Source: an uncultured Actinomycetes bacterium
GTDB lineage: Bacteria; Actinomycetota; Thermoleophilia; Gaiellales; JAICJC01
NCBI GenBank assembly: GCA_963757605.1
Contig: CAVWSF010000005.1
Location: 1,587,667-1,651,666 of the forward strand
Reading direction: 5' to 3'
DNA length: 64,000 nucleotides
Position 1 is the stretch's first letter, and every line of letters starts with the position of its first letter. The notes below the pieces were generated by a model that was not told the DNA's origin, made no database searches, and worked only from the letters and a program-made list of their open reading frames with translations. The position numbers and the translations under genes were made by a program. Shown here in pieces: positions 35,188 through 44,490 of this stretch.

Positions 35188-37502
35188 GCGTCGCGACCCT
35201 GCGGCGGGCGCGGCTGCGCGTCGAGGGCACGGTGCAGGGTGTGGGCTTCCGGCCGTACGTCTACCGCCTGGCGCACGAGCTCGACCTGGCCGGGTTTGTC
35301 TTGAACGACTCGCGCGGCGTCCTGCTCGAGGTCGAGGGGGCGGCCGACGCGGTCGAGCGGTTCATCGCCCGCCTCGGCCCCGACGCCCCGCCGCTCGCCG
35401 CGGTCGAGCGGGTGAGCGCCGAGGCTCGCGAGCCGGCCCACGAGCGCGGCTTTCGGATCCTCGAGAGCCCGCCCGGGGGCGTTCCCGACGCGGCCGTCAC
35501 CCCCGACACCGCCACCTGCGCCGACTGCCTGTGCGAGCTCTTCGACCCCCGCGACCGCCGGTACCGCTATCCCTTCGTCAACTGCACGAGCTGCGGCCCG
35601 CGGTTCACGATCGTCCGCGGGGTCCCCTACGACCGGCCGCGGACGACGATGGCCGGCTTCGAGATGTGCGCCGCGTGCTTCGCCGAGTACCGCGACCCTC
35701 GCAGCCGGCGGTTCCACGCCCAGCCGAACGCGTGCCCGGCCTGCGGCCCCTCCGCCGTGCTGATCCGGCCCGACGGGAGCCCGGCGGGCGAGGCCGGAGA
35801 CGACCCGGTGCGCGCCGCCGCGGAGGCGCTTCTGGTCGGGGCGATCGTGGCGGTCAAGGGCCTCGGCGGCTACCACCTCGCCTGCCGCGGCGACGACGAG
35901 GCGGCAGTGGCGGCGCTCCGCGGCCGCAAGCACCGCGAGGACAAGCCGTTCGCCCTGATGGTGGCGTCGGTCGCGAAGGCCCGCCGGCTGGCCCGGGTGA
36001 CGGCGGTCGAGCGGGCGCTCCTCCTCGGGCCGGAACGGCCGATCGTCCTGTGCCGGCGCCTCGAGGGCGCGCCGGTGGCCCGGTCGGTGGCTCCGCGGGC
36101 GGGCGAGCTCGGTCTGATGCTCCCGTACACGCCGCTTCACCACCTGCTGCTCGCGGACGTCGGCGATGTGCCCGCCCTCGTCATGACGAGCGGCAACGCC
36201 GCGGACGAGCCGATCGCCTACCTGGACGGCGACGCGCTCGAGCGGCTGGCGCCGATCGCCGACCTGCTGCTGGTCCACGACCGGCCGATCCACACCCGCA
36301 CCGACGACAGCGTGATGCGCGCGATCGCGCGGCGGGGCGGGCGGCGGCCGGCGTTCCTGCGCCGCGCGCGCGGCCACGTCCCGGGGACGATCCACCTCCC
36401 CGACCCCGCCGACCCGGCGCTCCTGGCCTGCGGGGCCGAGCTCAAGAGCACGTTCTGCCTGGCCAGGGGCGATCGGGCGTGGGTGGGGCACCACATCGGC
36501 GACCTCGAGAACTACGAGACCTACCGGTCGTTCGTCGAGGGCATCGAGCATTTCCAGCGGCTCTTCGCCGTCGCGCCCGAGGTCGTCGTCCATGACCTGC
36601 ATCCGGAGTACCTCGCGACGAAGTACGCGCTCGACCGCAGCGAGCTGCGCGCGGTCGGGGTGCAGCACCACCACGCCCACCTCGCCGCCGTGCTTGCCGA
36701 GCACGGCGAGACCGGCCCTGCGGTCGGCGCGATCTACGACGGCACCGGGTACGGCACCGACGGCACGATCTGGGGCGGCGAGCTCCTCGTCGGCGACCTG
36801 GCCGGGTTCCGGCGGGCCGGGGCGCTCACGCCCGTCCGCCTGCCGGGCGGAAGCCAGGCCATCCGCCAGCCGTGGCGGATGGCGTGCGCGTGGATGCAGG
36901 CGGCCGGGCTCGCTGTGGACCGGCCGCCGTCCCGACTCGCCGCGGCAGTCGACGAGGGGATCTGGAGCCGGGTCGCCGGGCTGGCACGCACCGGCATCGC
37001 GTCGCCGGCGACGACGAGCATGGGCCGGCTCTTCGACGCCGTCGCCGCGCTCTGCGGCATCTGCCCGGTGGCCCGCTACGACGGCCAGGCCGCGATCGAG
37101 CTCGAGGCGCTGTGCGACCCCTACGAGCGCCGCCGCTATCCCCTTCCGGTCGGGCGCTCCGGCGGACTCATCGAGATCGACCCGCGGCCGGCCGTCGCCG
37201 CGGCTGCGGCCGACGCGGCGGCGGGAGCGGCGCCGGGCCTGATCGCGCGCCGCTTCCACAACGGCGTCGCGCACGCGACCGTGCGGGCGTGCGCGGATGC
37301 GGCCGGGGAGGCGGGGACGGAGGTCGTCGTGCTCTCAGGCGGCGTCTTCCAGAACCGGCGCCTGGCCGAGTCGGTGGCCGCCGGGGTCGAGCGCAGGGGT
37401 CTGCGCGTGCTCATGCCGGAACGGCTCCCGGCCAACGACGGCGGCATCTCCTACGGCCAGGCGGCCGTGGCGGCCCGCCATCTCAGTGAGGGCCGAGCCT
37501 AG
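35184..37502 (+). CDS. hypF: carbamoyltransferase HypF
   Basis: An acylphosphatase domain ('VEGTVQGVGFRPYVYRLA') is present. Zn-finger motifs ('CADCLCELFDPRDRRYRYPFVNCTSCGPRF', 'CAACFAEYRDPRSRRFHAQPNACPACGP'), a YrdC-like region and a Kae1-like C-terminus follow. 772 aa. Confidence 0.95.
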   Translation: MSVATLRRARLRVEGTVQGVGFRPYVYRLAHELDLAGFVLNDSRGVLLEVEGAADAVERFIARLGPDAPPLAAVERVSAEAREPAHERGFRILESPPGGVPDAAVTPDTATCADCLCELFDPRDRRYRYPFVNCTSCGPRFTIVRGVPYDRPRTTMAGFEMCAACFAEYRDPRSRRFHAQPNACPACGPSAVLIRPDGSPAGEAGDDPVRAAAEALLVGAIVAVKGLGGYHLACRGDDEAAVAALRGRKHREDKPFALMVASVAKARRLARVTAVERALLLGPERPIVLCRRLEGAPVARSVAPRAGELGLMLPYTPLHHLLLADVGDVPALVMTSGNAADEPIAYLDGDALERLAPIADLLLVHDRPIHTRTDDSVMRAIARRGGRRPAFLRRARGHVPGTIHLPDPADPALLACGAELKSTFCLARGDRAWVGHHIGDLENYETYRSFVEGIEHFQRLFAVAPEVVVHDLHPEYLATKYALDRSELRAVGVQHHHAHLAAVLAEHGETGPAVGAIYDGTGYGTDGTIWGGELLVGDLAGFRRAGALTPVRLPGGSQAIRQPWRMACAWMQAAGLAVDRPPSRLAAAVDEGIWSRVAGLARTGIASPATTSMGRLFDAVAALCGICPVARYDGQAAIELEALCDPYERRRYPLPVGRSGGLIEIDPRPAVAAAAADAAAGAAPGLIARRFHNGVAHATVRACADAAGEAGTEVVVLSGGVFQNRRLAESVAAGVERRGLRVLMPERLPANDGGISYGQAAVAARHLSEGRA

Positions 37503-37543
37503 CGCTGTCGAGGCTTCCCTCCGGGCGTGCAACCATTGGGGCG

Positions 37544-37753
37544 ATGCGAAAGGACGTCCGTGAATTCATCCGCCACCTCGAGGCCGCGGGGCTCACGGTC
37601 GAGTCGACCCCTGGCCACTACCACGTGTATCGCGACGGGAAGCCGCTGCGGAAGGCCAACGGCATGCCGGTGACGCTGCCCTTCTCACCCGGCACGACGC
37701 GGTGGCGTCGCACCGCGATCCTCGACCTGCGGAAGCTCGGGATCGATGTCTAG
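37544..37753 (+). CDS. small basic protein, possibly HicA-like fold (weak call)
   Basis: 69 aa. 'IRHLEAAGLTVESTPGHYHVY' resembles the HicA 'LeadGw...GSHh' pattern. Its 3' end overlaps the start of the next gene by 8 nt. No HicB partner was seen. Confidence 0.4.
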   Translation: MRKDVREFIRHLEAAGLTVESTPGHYHVYRDGKPLRKANGMPVTLPFSPGTTRWRRTAILDLRKLGIDV

Positions 37754-38819
37754 GTCCGCGCTCACGGGAACCGCAGCCTCGATCGCCGCGCTTCTCGGCA
37801 CGCTCGTCCTGCCCACGAGCGGCTGGACCGCGCCCACCACCGCCCAGATGGTCGGGCAGCGCATGGTCGTCGCCTTCAGCGGCACGACGGCCAAGGCGCC
37901 GCTCCTGGCCCGCATCCGCGCGGGCCAGATCGGCGGCGTCATCCTCTTCTCGAAGAACATCCGAAGCGCCGCTCAGCTCAGGCGACTGACCGCGCGGCTC
38001 CAGAAGGCCGCGAGGGCCGGCGGCCGGCCGCGGCTCGTGATCGCGACCGACCAGGAGGGAGGGCTCGTACGGCGGCTGCCGTGGGCGCCGCCGAAGGCGT
38101 CGGCCCAGGAGCTGGGAGCGACGAGCGCCGCCCACATCCAGGCGGTCGGCCACCGGGCGGGCACCGCGCTGCGCGCAGCCGGCGTCAACCTCGACCTGGC
38201 ACCGGTCGCCGACGTCCCGAGCTCGCCGGCGAACTTCCTCCAGGCCCAGCGGCGGGCCTTCTCGGCCAGCCGCTTCGCGGTCGCCACCGACACGGCCGCC
38301 TTCGCGCAGGGGCTCGAGGCGGGTCGCGTCGAGCCGGCGTTCAAGCACTTCCCCGGCCTCGGCCGCGCGGGCGCCATCTCGACCGACGAAGGGCTCGTCG
38401 AGATCGGCGCGAGCCGGAAGCAGATCATCCGCGGCCTCCTCCCCTACCAGGTCGCACGGCGCCGGTCGCTCCACCCGGTCGTGATGCTGTCGACGGCGGT
38501 CTACCCGGCCTACTCGCCGCGGGCGGCCGCCTGGTCGAAGGCGATCGCGGGCACGCTCCTTCGCCACGACCTCGGGTTCAAGGGGCCGACGATCACCGAC
38601 TCGCTCACGACCGCGGCCGCAGTCCGCAGGACGAGCGTGAGCGTGCTGGCCGTGAAGAGCGCGAAGGTCGGCGTCGACCTCCTGCTCGTCACCGGGCCGG
38701 CCTCGACCTCGCGGGCGGCCTACGCCGCGGTGCTGCGCGAGGCCCGCGCCGGCGCGATCCGGCTGGCGAGCCTCAAGGCGTCCTACGCGCGCATCCTCAA
38801 GCTGAAGTCGCGGTTCTGA
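37746..38819 (+). CDS. secreted glycoside hydrolase family 3 N-terminal-domain protein (NagZ-like beta-N-acetylhexosaminidase)
   Basis: It has a signal-peptide-like N-terminus, plus 'IGGVILF', 'ATDQEGG', 'VNLDLAPVADV' and 'KHFPGLG'. 357 aa. Confidence 0.8.
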   Translation: MSRSALTGTAASIAALLGTLVLPTSGWTAPTTAQMVGQRMVVAFSGTTAKAPLLARIRAGQIGGVILFSKNIRSAAQLRRLTARLQKAARAGGRPRLVIATDQEGGLVRRLPWAPPKASAQELGATSAAHIQAVGHRAGTALRAAGVNLDLAPVADVPSSPANFLQAQRRAFSASRFAVATDTAAFAQGLEAGRVEPAFKHFPGLGRAGAISTDEGLVEIGASRKQIIRGLLPYQVARRRSLHPVVMLSTAVYPAYSPRAAAWSKAIAGTLLRHDLGFKGPTITDSLTTAAAVRRTSVSVLAVKSAKVGVDLLLVTGPASTSRAAYAAVLREARAGAIRLASLKASYARILKLKSRF

Positions 38820-38824
38820 TCGAG

Positions 38825-39334
38825 TCAGAGCTCGCGCGGCACGACGTACTCGACCAGCTTGGCCTCTCCCCACGCGAGCCGCGCCCACGGCCCCCCGAAC
38901 GTCAGCGTCGCGAGGCCCCCGGTCGGGTACTTCTCGGCCATCCGCTCGAGGGCGTCGCCGTTCGCCGACCCGGCCAGCCCTGCCGCGAGGTCGCCGATCC
39001 CCGGGTTGTGGGCGACGAGCAGGGCCGTCGCGACCGGATCCGGCACGTCGTTCAGCCGCGAGAGGAGCGACTCCGAGCTCGCCGCGTAGAGGCCGTCCTC
39101 GATCTCGAGCTCCAGGTCGCCCGGCAGGGCGCCGCGCACGGCTTCCCAGGTCTGCACCGCCCGCACCGCCGACGAGCACAGGACGAGCTGGGGCGAGATC
39201 CCCGCCGCGTCGAGGTGCGCGCGAATGCGCTCGCCGGCCCGGTGCCCGCGCGGCGCGAGCGGCCGCTCGTGGTCCTCGAGCCCCGGCTCGTCCCAGGCCG
39301 ACTTCAGGTGCCGGAGGAGGACGAGCGTCCTCAC
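38825..39334 (-). CDS. histidine phosphatase family protein (SixA-like)
   Basis: 'LVLLRHLKS' (RH motif), 'RPLAPRG', 'VLCSSAVRAVQT' and 'LVAHNPG' are present. 169 aa. Confidence 0.8.
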   Translation of the reverse strand: MRTLVLLRHLKSAWDEPGLEDHERPLAPRGHRAGERIRAHLDAAGISPQLVLCSSAVRAVQTWEAVRGALPGDLELEIEDGLYAASSESLLSRLNDVPDPVATALLVAHNPGIGDLAAGLAGSANGDALERMAEKYPTGGLATLTFGGPWARLAWGEAKLVEYVVPREL

Positions 39335-40068
39335 TATCGCCTGAGGCGGATCGCGTTCAGGTCCTGCTCGCGCACCGCGTCGATGCGGGAGAGCAGGTCG
39401 TCGAGATCGTCGTGCTCGGCGTGGAGGTAGCGGCCGGCGAGCGCGTCGTAGCGGCCGGTCGCGAGCGCGGCGACGAGCTGCGGCGCCAGCTCCGGAGGAG
39501 TCCAGGGGAGGTCGTCAGGCCCCCACGAGGTCATCTCGGTGCGCACAAGCCCCGGGCTGAAGAAGAAGACCGGGATCCGGCCGGCGAGCTCCGCCGCCAG
39601 CGTCTCGCCGTAGCGGCAGACCGCAGCCTTGCTCGCGGGATAGGCGGTGCGGCCCCCGGATCCGGACGGCAGATAGGCCGCGCCGCTGCCGGTGATCACG
39701 ATCCGGCCCGAGCCGCGCTCCAGCATCCCCGGGATCACCGCGCGGCAGCAGAGGTGGACGCCGAGCACGTTGACCTCGAACACCCGCCACCAGTCGTCCG
39801 GCTCCATCTCCCACGTGGGGGCGCCCTGGTTCGCAACGCCCGCGTTGGCGACGAGCAGATCGATGGGCTCGGCATCGGCGACGACGCGCTCGACGGCCTC
39901 GCGGTCTGTGACGTCGAGCGCGACGGCGCGGCCGCCGGTCTCGTTCGCCACCGCCTCGACCTGCTCGCGCGTGCGGGCGGCGACGACGACGTCCCAGCCG
40001 TCCTCGGCGAGCTTGCGGGCGATGTTCGCCCCGATCCCTCGCCCTCCGCCTGTCACAAGCGCGAGCAT
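39334..40068 (-). CDS. short-chain dehydrogenase/reductase (SDR)
   Basis: 'ALVTGGGRGIG', 'ANAG' and 'YPASKAA' are present. Start moved to ATG 40068 (MLALV). Confidence 0.85.
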   Translation of the reverse strand: MLALVTGGGRGIGANIARKLAEDGWDVVVAARTREQVEAVANETGGRAVALDVTDREAVERVVADAEPIDLLVANAGVANQGAPTWEMEPDDWWRVFEVNVLGVHLCCRAVIPGMLERGSGRIVITGSGAAYLPSGSGGRTAYPASKAAVCRYGETLAAELAGRIPVFFFSPGLVRTEMTSWGPDDLPWTPPELAPQLVAALATGRYDALAGRYLHAEHDDLDDLLSRIDAVREQDLNAIRLRR

Positions 40069-40105
40069 GCGAGAACCGTAGCGCGAGGGTGCATCATTCT
40101 CTGCG

Positions 40106-40390
40106 GTGGCGAAGCTGGACAAGGCGCGATGGTGGGCGATCCGCCCGGCGCAGAACATGAAGCCGGCGACGTACCGCTGCCCCTTGTGCGGCTACCACCT
40201 GCACGCCATGACGAGCCATGTGCTGATCGCGCCCGAGGGCGATGCTCGCCGCAGGCGGCACGCGCACACGGAGTGCGTCCAGGCGGCACGCCAGGCGGGG
40301 CGGTTGCCGCTCTTCGACGAGTGGCGCAAGTCCCAGCCGCGGGAACCGTCGCTCCTCCGGCGGATCCTCAGGATGAGGAGCCGAGCCTGA
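40106..40390 (+). CDS. small conserved-looking Cys/His protein (hypothetical)
   Basis: 94 aa. 'YRCPLCGYHL...HVLIAPEGD...RRHAHTEC' suggests a 3Cys/1His metal site. The start is uncertain (GTG 40106 or ATG 40157). The 3' end overlaps the convergent AI-2E gene by 23 nt. Confidence 0.5.
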   Translation: MAKLDKARWWAIRPAQNMKPATYRCPLCGYHLHAMTSHVLIAPEGDARRRRHAHTECVQAARQAGRLPLFDEWRKSQPREPSLLRRILRMRSRA

Positions 40391-41477
40391 GCCGCTCCGC
40401 CCGCTCGTCGAGAAGCTCCTTCGCCACGGCGTGGATCGTGCCCGCAATGGGGATCGCGAGCAGCGCACCTACGAGGCCGAGCACCGCCCCTCCACACAAG
40501 ACGGCGATCAGCACGATGAGCGACGGGATCTGGACCGTGCGTCCGTAGATCAGCGGCTGGAGGATGTGATTCTCGACCTGCTGGTAGACCATCACGATCA
40601 CGAACATGGCGATCCCGGCGGTCGTATCCACGAAGATGAACGCCGCCGCGACCACCACGACCGAGCCGATGGTCGCGCCGACCAGCGGGATGATGTCGAA
40701 CACCGCCATGAACACGCCGAGCGCGAGGGAGTAGGGCACGTCGAGGAGGTACAGGGCGAGCGTCGTGACGGCGCCGCAGATCACCGAGATGACCAGGTTG
40801 CCGGCGACGTAGCCGCCGACGTTCCTGTTCATATGGTGTGCGGCGGCCACGATCCTGGGCCGGCGTTCGGGCGCCATCTGCGCGAGCGTCACCCGCGCGA
40901 TCCCCGGAAGCTCGTAGAGCAGGAAGAGCGTCAGGAAGAAGATCGTCGAGACGGCGACAGCGCCGCCCAGAACTGTGCCCGCGGCGCCGAACACGACACC
41001 CGGAAGCGAGTCCAGGTGCTGCTTGGCGTGCTCGGCGATGTGATAGCGGTTGTCGAGGCGCTTGATCGTGCTGTCCTGGCGGGCTTCGGAGATGGCCTGC
41101 GGAACCGCGGTGGTCAGCGAGTCGACCTGGGACACAAACGGCATCACGAGCGCCGCCACGACGGCGAGGAACGCGACGACCGATGCCAGCACCACGAACG
41201 TGGCTGCAGCGCGGCGACCGAGGCGCGGCGCGAGCCGCTCGACGAGCGGGTTGAGCGCGATCGCGAGGAATGTCGCTGCCAGGATCCAGACGACGACATC
41301 CTGAAGCTGCGCTGCAATGTTGGCGACGAACGCGAGGATCAGAAGGCCGACGACGATCTTCGCAACCCCGCCCGCGCTGATGTCGAACGTCTCGGTGCGG
41401 CGCACGGCAGGGGCGTCGCCGCGCAGGCGGACCTCCGGCTCCAGCTCGTCGATCCTGTCTTCGGACACTCTGGTCAC
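40368..41477 (-). CDS. AI-2E family transporter (UPF0118/PerM-like)
   Basis: 369 aa with about 8 TMS. The 'NRNVGGYVAGNLVISVICG' and 'DIIPLVGATIGSVVV' regions are typical of the family. Confidence 0.85.
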   Translation of the reverse strand: MTRVSEDRIDELEPEVRLRGDAPAVRRTETFDISAGGVAKIVVGLLILAFVANIAAQLQDVVVWILAATFLAIALNPLVERLAPRLGRRAAATFVVLASVVAFLAVVAALVMPFVSQVDSLTTAVPQAISEARQDSTIKRLDNRYHIAEHAKQHLDSLPGVVFGAAGTVLGGAVAVSTIFFLTLFLLYELPGIARVTLAQMAPERRPRIVAAAHHMNRNVGGYVAGNLVISVICGAVTTLALYLLDVPYSLALGVFMAVFDIIPLVGATIGSVVVVAAAFIFVDTTAGIAMFVIVMVYQQVENHILQPLIYGRTVQIPSLIVLIAVLCGGAVLGLVGALLAIPIAGTIHAVAKELLDERAERLRLGSSS

Positions 41478-41743
41478 GGCAGATCAGCCGCCTCCAGCAC
41501 GACCCCGTGTTTGCGCCACGTCAGCCCGAACGCGGCGATTGCGAGCGCGGCGACCTCGAACGGGTTGAGCGTCGTCACCACGGCCCACACGTCGCCGTAG
41601 TCGGCGACCTGCGGAAGGAGCTCCACGAAGCCGACGGCGAGGACCCCGAGCGCCAGCCCGGCGCCGGCGAGGTGCCGGCCCCGGGATCCGCGGCGGGCAG
41701 CCTGGTGAACGAGTGGCGCTGTCCGGCTCATCGCGCGGATCAT
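41474..41743 (-). CDS. small membrane protein (hypothetical)
   Basis: This is the C-terminal about 89 codons of ORF 41474..42484, with two hydrophobic helices. Its stop overlaps the AI-2E start. The upstream part of the ORF is a shadow of the SDR on the other strand. Confidence 0.35.
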   Translation of the reverse strand: MIRAMSRTAPLVHQAARRGSRGRHLAGAGLALGVLAVGFVELLPQVADYGDVWAVVTTLNPFEVAALAIAAFGLTWRKHGVVLEAADLP

Positions 41744-41845
41744 TCCCGTGAGCGCGTTGCGCGAATCTGCCGGACGAGGAGACGAGGAGACGAGGAGACG
41801 AGGAGCGCCGTTTGCAGCGCTCGTGCCGCGGGTATCGCGGCGCCC

Positions 41846-42618
41846 ATGGCGGTCGCGGTGGGGACGGGCTCCGACTCCGGCATCGGCCGAGCGACGGCGG
41901 TGGCGCTCGCGGAGGATGGGTTCGACGTCGGCGTCACGTGGCACTCCGACGAGGAGGGCGCTGAGGGAACCGCCCGCGAGGTCTCGAAACGAGGTCGTCG
42001 GGTGGAGACGCGCCGGCTCGACCTCACTGCGCTCCCGGACGCCGCAGACCAGATCGACGACCTGTGCGAGGCGCTCGGCGGGATCGACGTGCTCGTGAAC
42101 TGCGCCGGCGCCGCGGCCAGCACGCCGTTCGTCGACGCCGAGTGGGACGCGTGGCGATCGGTGCTCGACGTCGACCTGAACGGCGCGTTTCTGTGCAGCC
42201 AGCGCGCTGCGCGGCGGATGCTCGCCCAGGGTCGCGGCGGGCGCATCGTGAACGTCACCTCGGTCCACGAGCACGTCCCGCTGCGCGGATCGGCCGCGTA
42301 CTGCGCGGCGAAGGGCGGCCTCGGCATGTTGACCACGGTGATGGCGCTCGAGCTCGCAGAGCATGGGATCACCGTCAACTCGGTCGCGCCTGGCGAGATC
42401 GCAACGCCGATGACGGGCAACGAGGACGTCGACCCGAGCCGGTTCGGCGCCCCGGCATTCCGATGGGCCGGCCGGGCGACGCACGGGAGATCGCCGCGGT
42501 GGTCGCGTTTCTCGCCGCTCCCGGAGCGAGCTACGTCACCGGGGCCTCGCTGGTCGCCGACGGCGGGCTGCTGCTGATGGCCGCGATCGGAAACCAGGAT
42601 CAGAAGCCGGAGCGCTGA
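41846..42618 (+). pseudogene. SDR oxidoreductase interrupted by a single frameshift (about 42450)
   Basis: Frame A (from ATG 41846) carries 'GTGSDSGIGRA', 'NCAG', 'YCAAKGG' and 'PGEIATPM'. The family C-terminus 'IPMGRPGDAREIAAVVAFLAAPGASYVTGASLVADGG' continues in the frame of ORF 42064..42618. The switch maps to the C-run at 42450-42453. Confidence 0.7.
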
Positions 42619-42731
42619 CCGAGCGGGGCTGCCGTTCGGCTGAGGGAGGTCGGCTAGTCTGGAGGCCACCGCCCCGGGAAGTCGAGCTGGTCCCCCACTC
42701 TGGACTCCGTCCCTCCCGGCGGAGTCTCCCG

Positions 42732-44490
42732 ATGAACCCGTTCGACCCCGACGACTATCCCCTGCGCCCGACCGTTCGCCGTCTGTCCCACCTGTGGTGG
42801 GGCGAGCGCCGCCTGGTGGTGATCGGGCTCGTGTGTGCGCTCGCCTACACGACGCTCACGCTCACCATCTCGGTCCTGATCCAGCGGGCGATCGACCACG
42901 CGATCGTGCCCAAGGACGTCGGAGCGCTCTGGCCGTACGTGCTCGCCCTGCTGGGGCTCTCCCTGGCGCGGTTCTGGATCAACTTCACCCGGCGCTTCGC
43001 CACCGCGCGGGTCGGCGTGCGCCTCGAGGCCCGGCTGCGGCAGATGCTGTACGAGGGCTACCTGGGCTTCCCGCGCGCCTTCTACGACCTGCATCCGACG
43101 GGCCAGGTCGTGTCGCGGGCGACGAACGACCTCTTCCCGATCCGCTACTTCATCGGCTGGGGCGTCGTGCAGGGGTTCCAGAGCGCGATGATGATCACCG
43201 GCGGGGTGATCGTGCTCGCGCTCGTGAACCCGCGGCTCACGCTCTACTCCGCGGTCGCGACACCGCTGATCGGCTTCGTCGCCTGGCGGTTCGCCCACCT
43301 CGTCATGCCGATCTCGCGCCGCGTCCAGGCGGCCAAGGGCGACGTCACGGAGGCCGCCGACGAGGCGGTCGTCGGCATCGAGATGGTGCAGGCCTTCGGG
43401 CGCGAGGACGACGTGCGCGGGCGGTTCGGCGCCAAGGCGGCGTCGGTCCGCAACATCGTCGTCCAGCAGGCGGGAGTCGAGGCCCAGCACCTGCCGGCGC
43501 TCTTCTACCTGCCCACGCTGTCGATCGCCGCCGTCGTCTTCTTCGGCGGCCGCGACGTGATCGAGGGCCGGCTCACCATCGGCCAGTTCGTCCTCTTCAA
43601 CACGATTCTCCTGCAGCTGACGTGGCCGCTCGAGGCGCTCGGCTGGATCCTGAACCTGGCGCAGCGCGCGCTCGCGTCGGCGGGGCGCACGTTCGCCTGG
43701 CTCGAGCTCGTCGAGCGGCTGCCCGAGCCCGAGCACCCTCAGGCGCTGCCCGCCGGGCGGCTCTCCGTCACGTTCGAGGGCGTCCACTTCGCCTATCCGG
43801 GCGAGGAGGAGGTGCTGACCGGCGTCGAGCTCGCGCTCGATCCGGGCGAGATCGTGGCCGTCTGCGGCTCCACCGGCTCCGGGAAGAGCACGCTCCTCAA
43901 CCTGCTCCCCCGCTTCTACGACCCGACCGCCGGGCGCGTGCTCGTTGGCGGGGTCGACCTGCGCGACGTCGCGCCTGGCCGAGGTGCGCGCGAACGTCGC
44001 CGTCATCACCCAGCGGCCGATCCTGTTCTCGATCACCCTGCGCGAGAACCTGATCGCCGGCCGCCCGGACGTGCCCTGGGACGAGGTGGAGGCGATGTGC
44101 GCCGCCGCCGGCGTGGCGGACTTCGTGCCGGACCTCCCCAACGGGTACGACACGCTGATCGGCGAGCGCGGCGTGAACCTCTCCGGCGGCCAGCGCCAGC
44201 GCGTGGCGCTCGCCCGCGCCCTGATCGCAGGCGCCCCGGTGATCGTCCTCGACGATCCGCTCTCGGCCGTCGACACGCACACCGAGCACGACCTCGTCGG
44301 GCGGCTGCGTCCCGCCCTCGCGGGCCGCACGGTCATCGTCGCCGCCCAGCGCCTGTCCACCCTCGCCCTGGCCGACCGCGCCGCAGTGCTGTTCGACGGG
44401 CGCGTCGCCGAGGAGGGCCGTCCCGCCGCCCTCTTGGAACGGGGCGCCCTCTTCGCCGACCTCTTCGGAGACGAGATCGGTGTCGCATAG
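42732..44490 (+). pseudogene. ABC transporter (fused permease + ATPase, exporter type) interrupted by a single frameshift (about 43971)
   Basis: The TMD and Walker A ('GSTGSGKST') lie in the frame of ORF 42732. The Q-loop, 'LSGGQRQRVALARAL', Walker B 'VIVLDDPLSAVD' and H-loop lie in the frame of ORF 43945..44490. The junction reads gac gtc G cgc ctg gcc. Confidence 0.75.

Noticed and set aside
43960-43980. Programmed ribosomal frameshift as the explanation for the ABC gene frame change.
   Set aside because: There is no slippery heptamer or homopolymeric slip site at the junction (gacgtcgcgcctgg), and no obvious downstream stimulatory structure. A simple 1-nt insertion or a sequencing error is more parsimonious.
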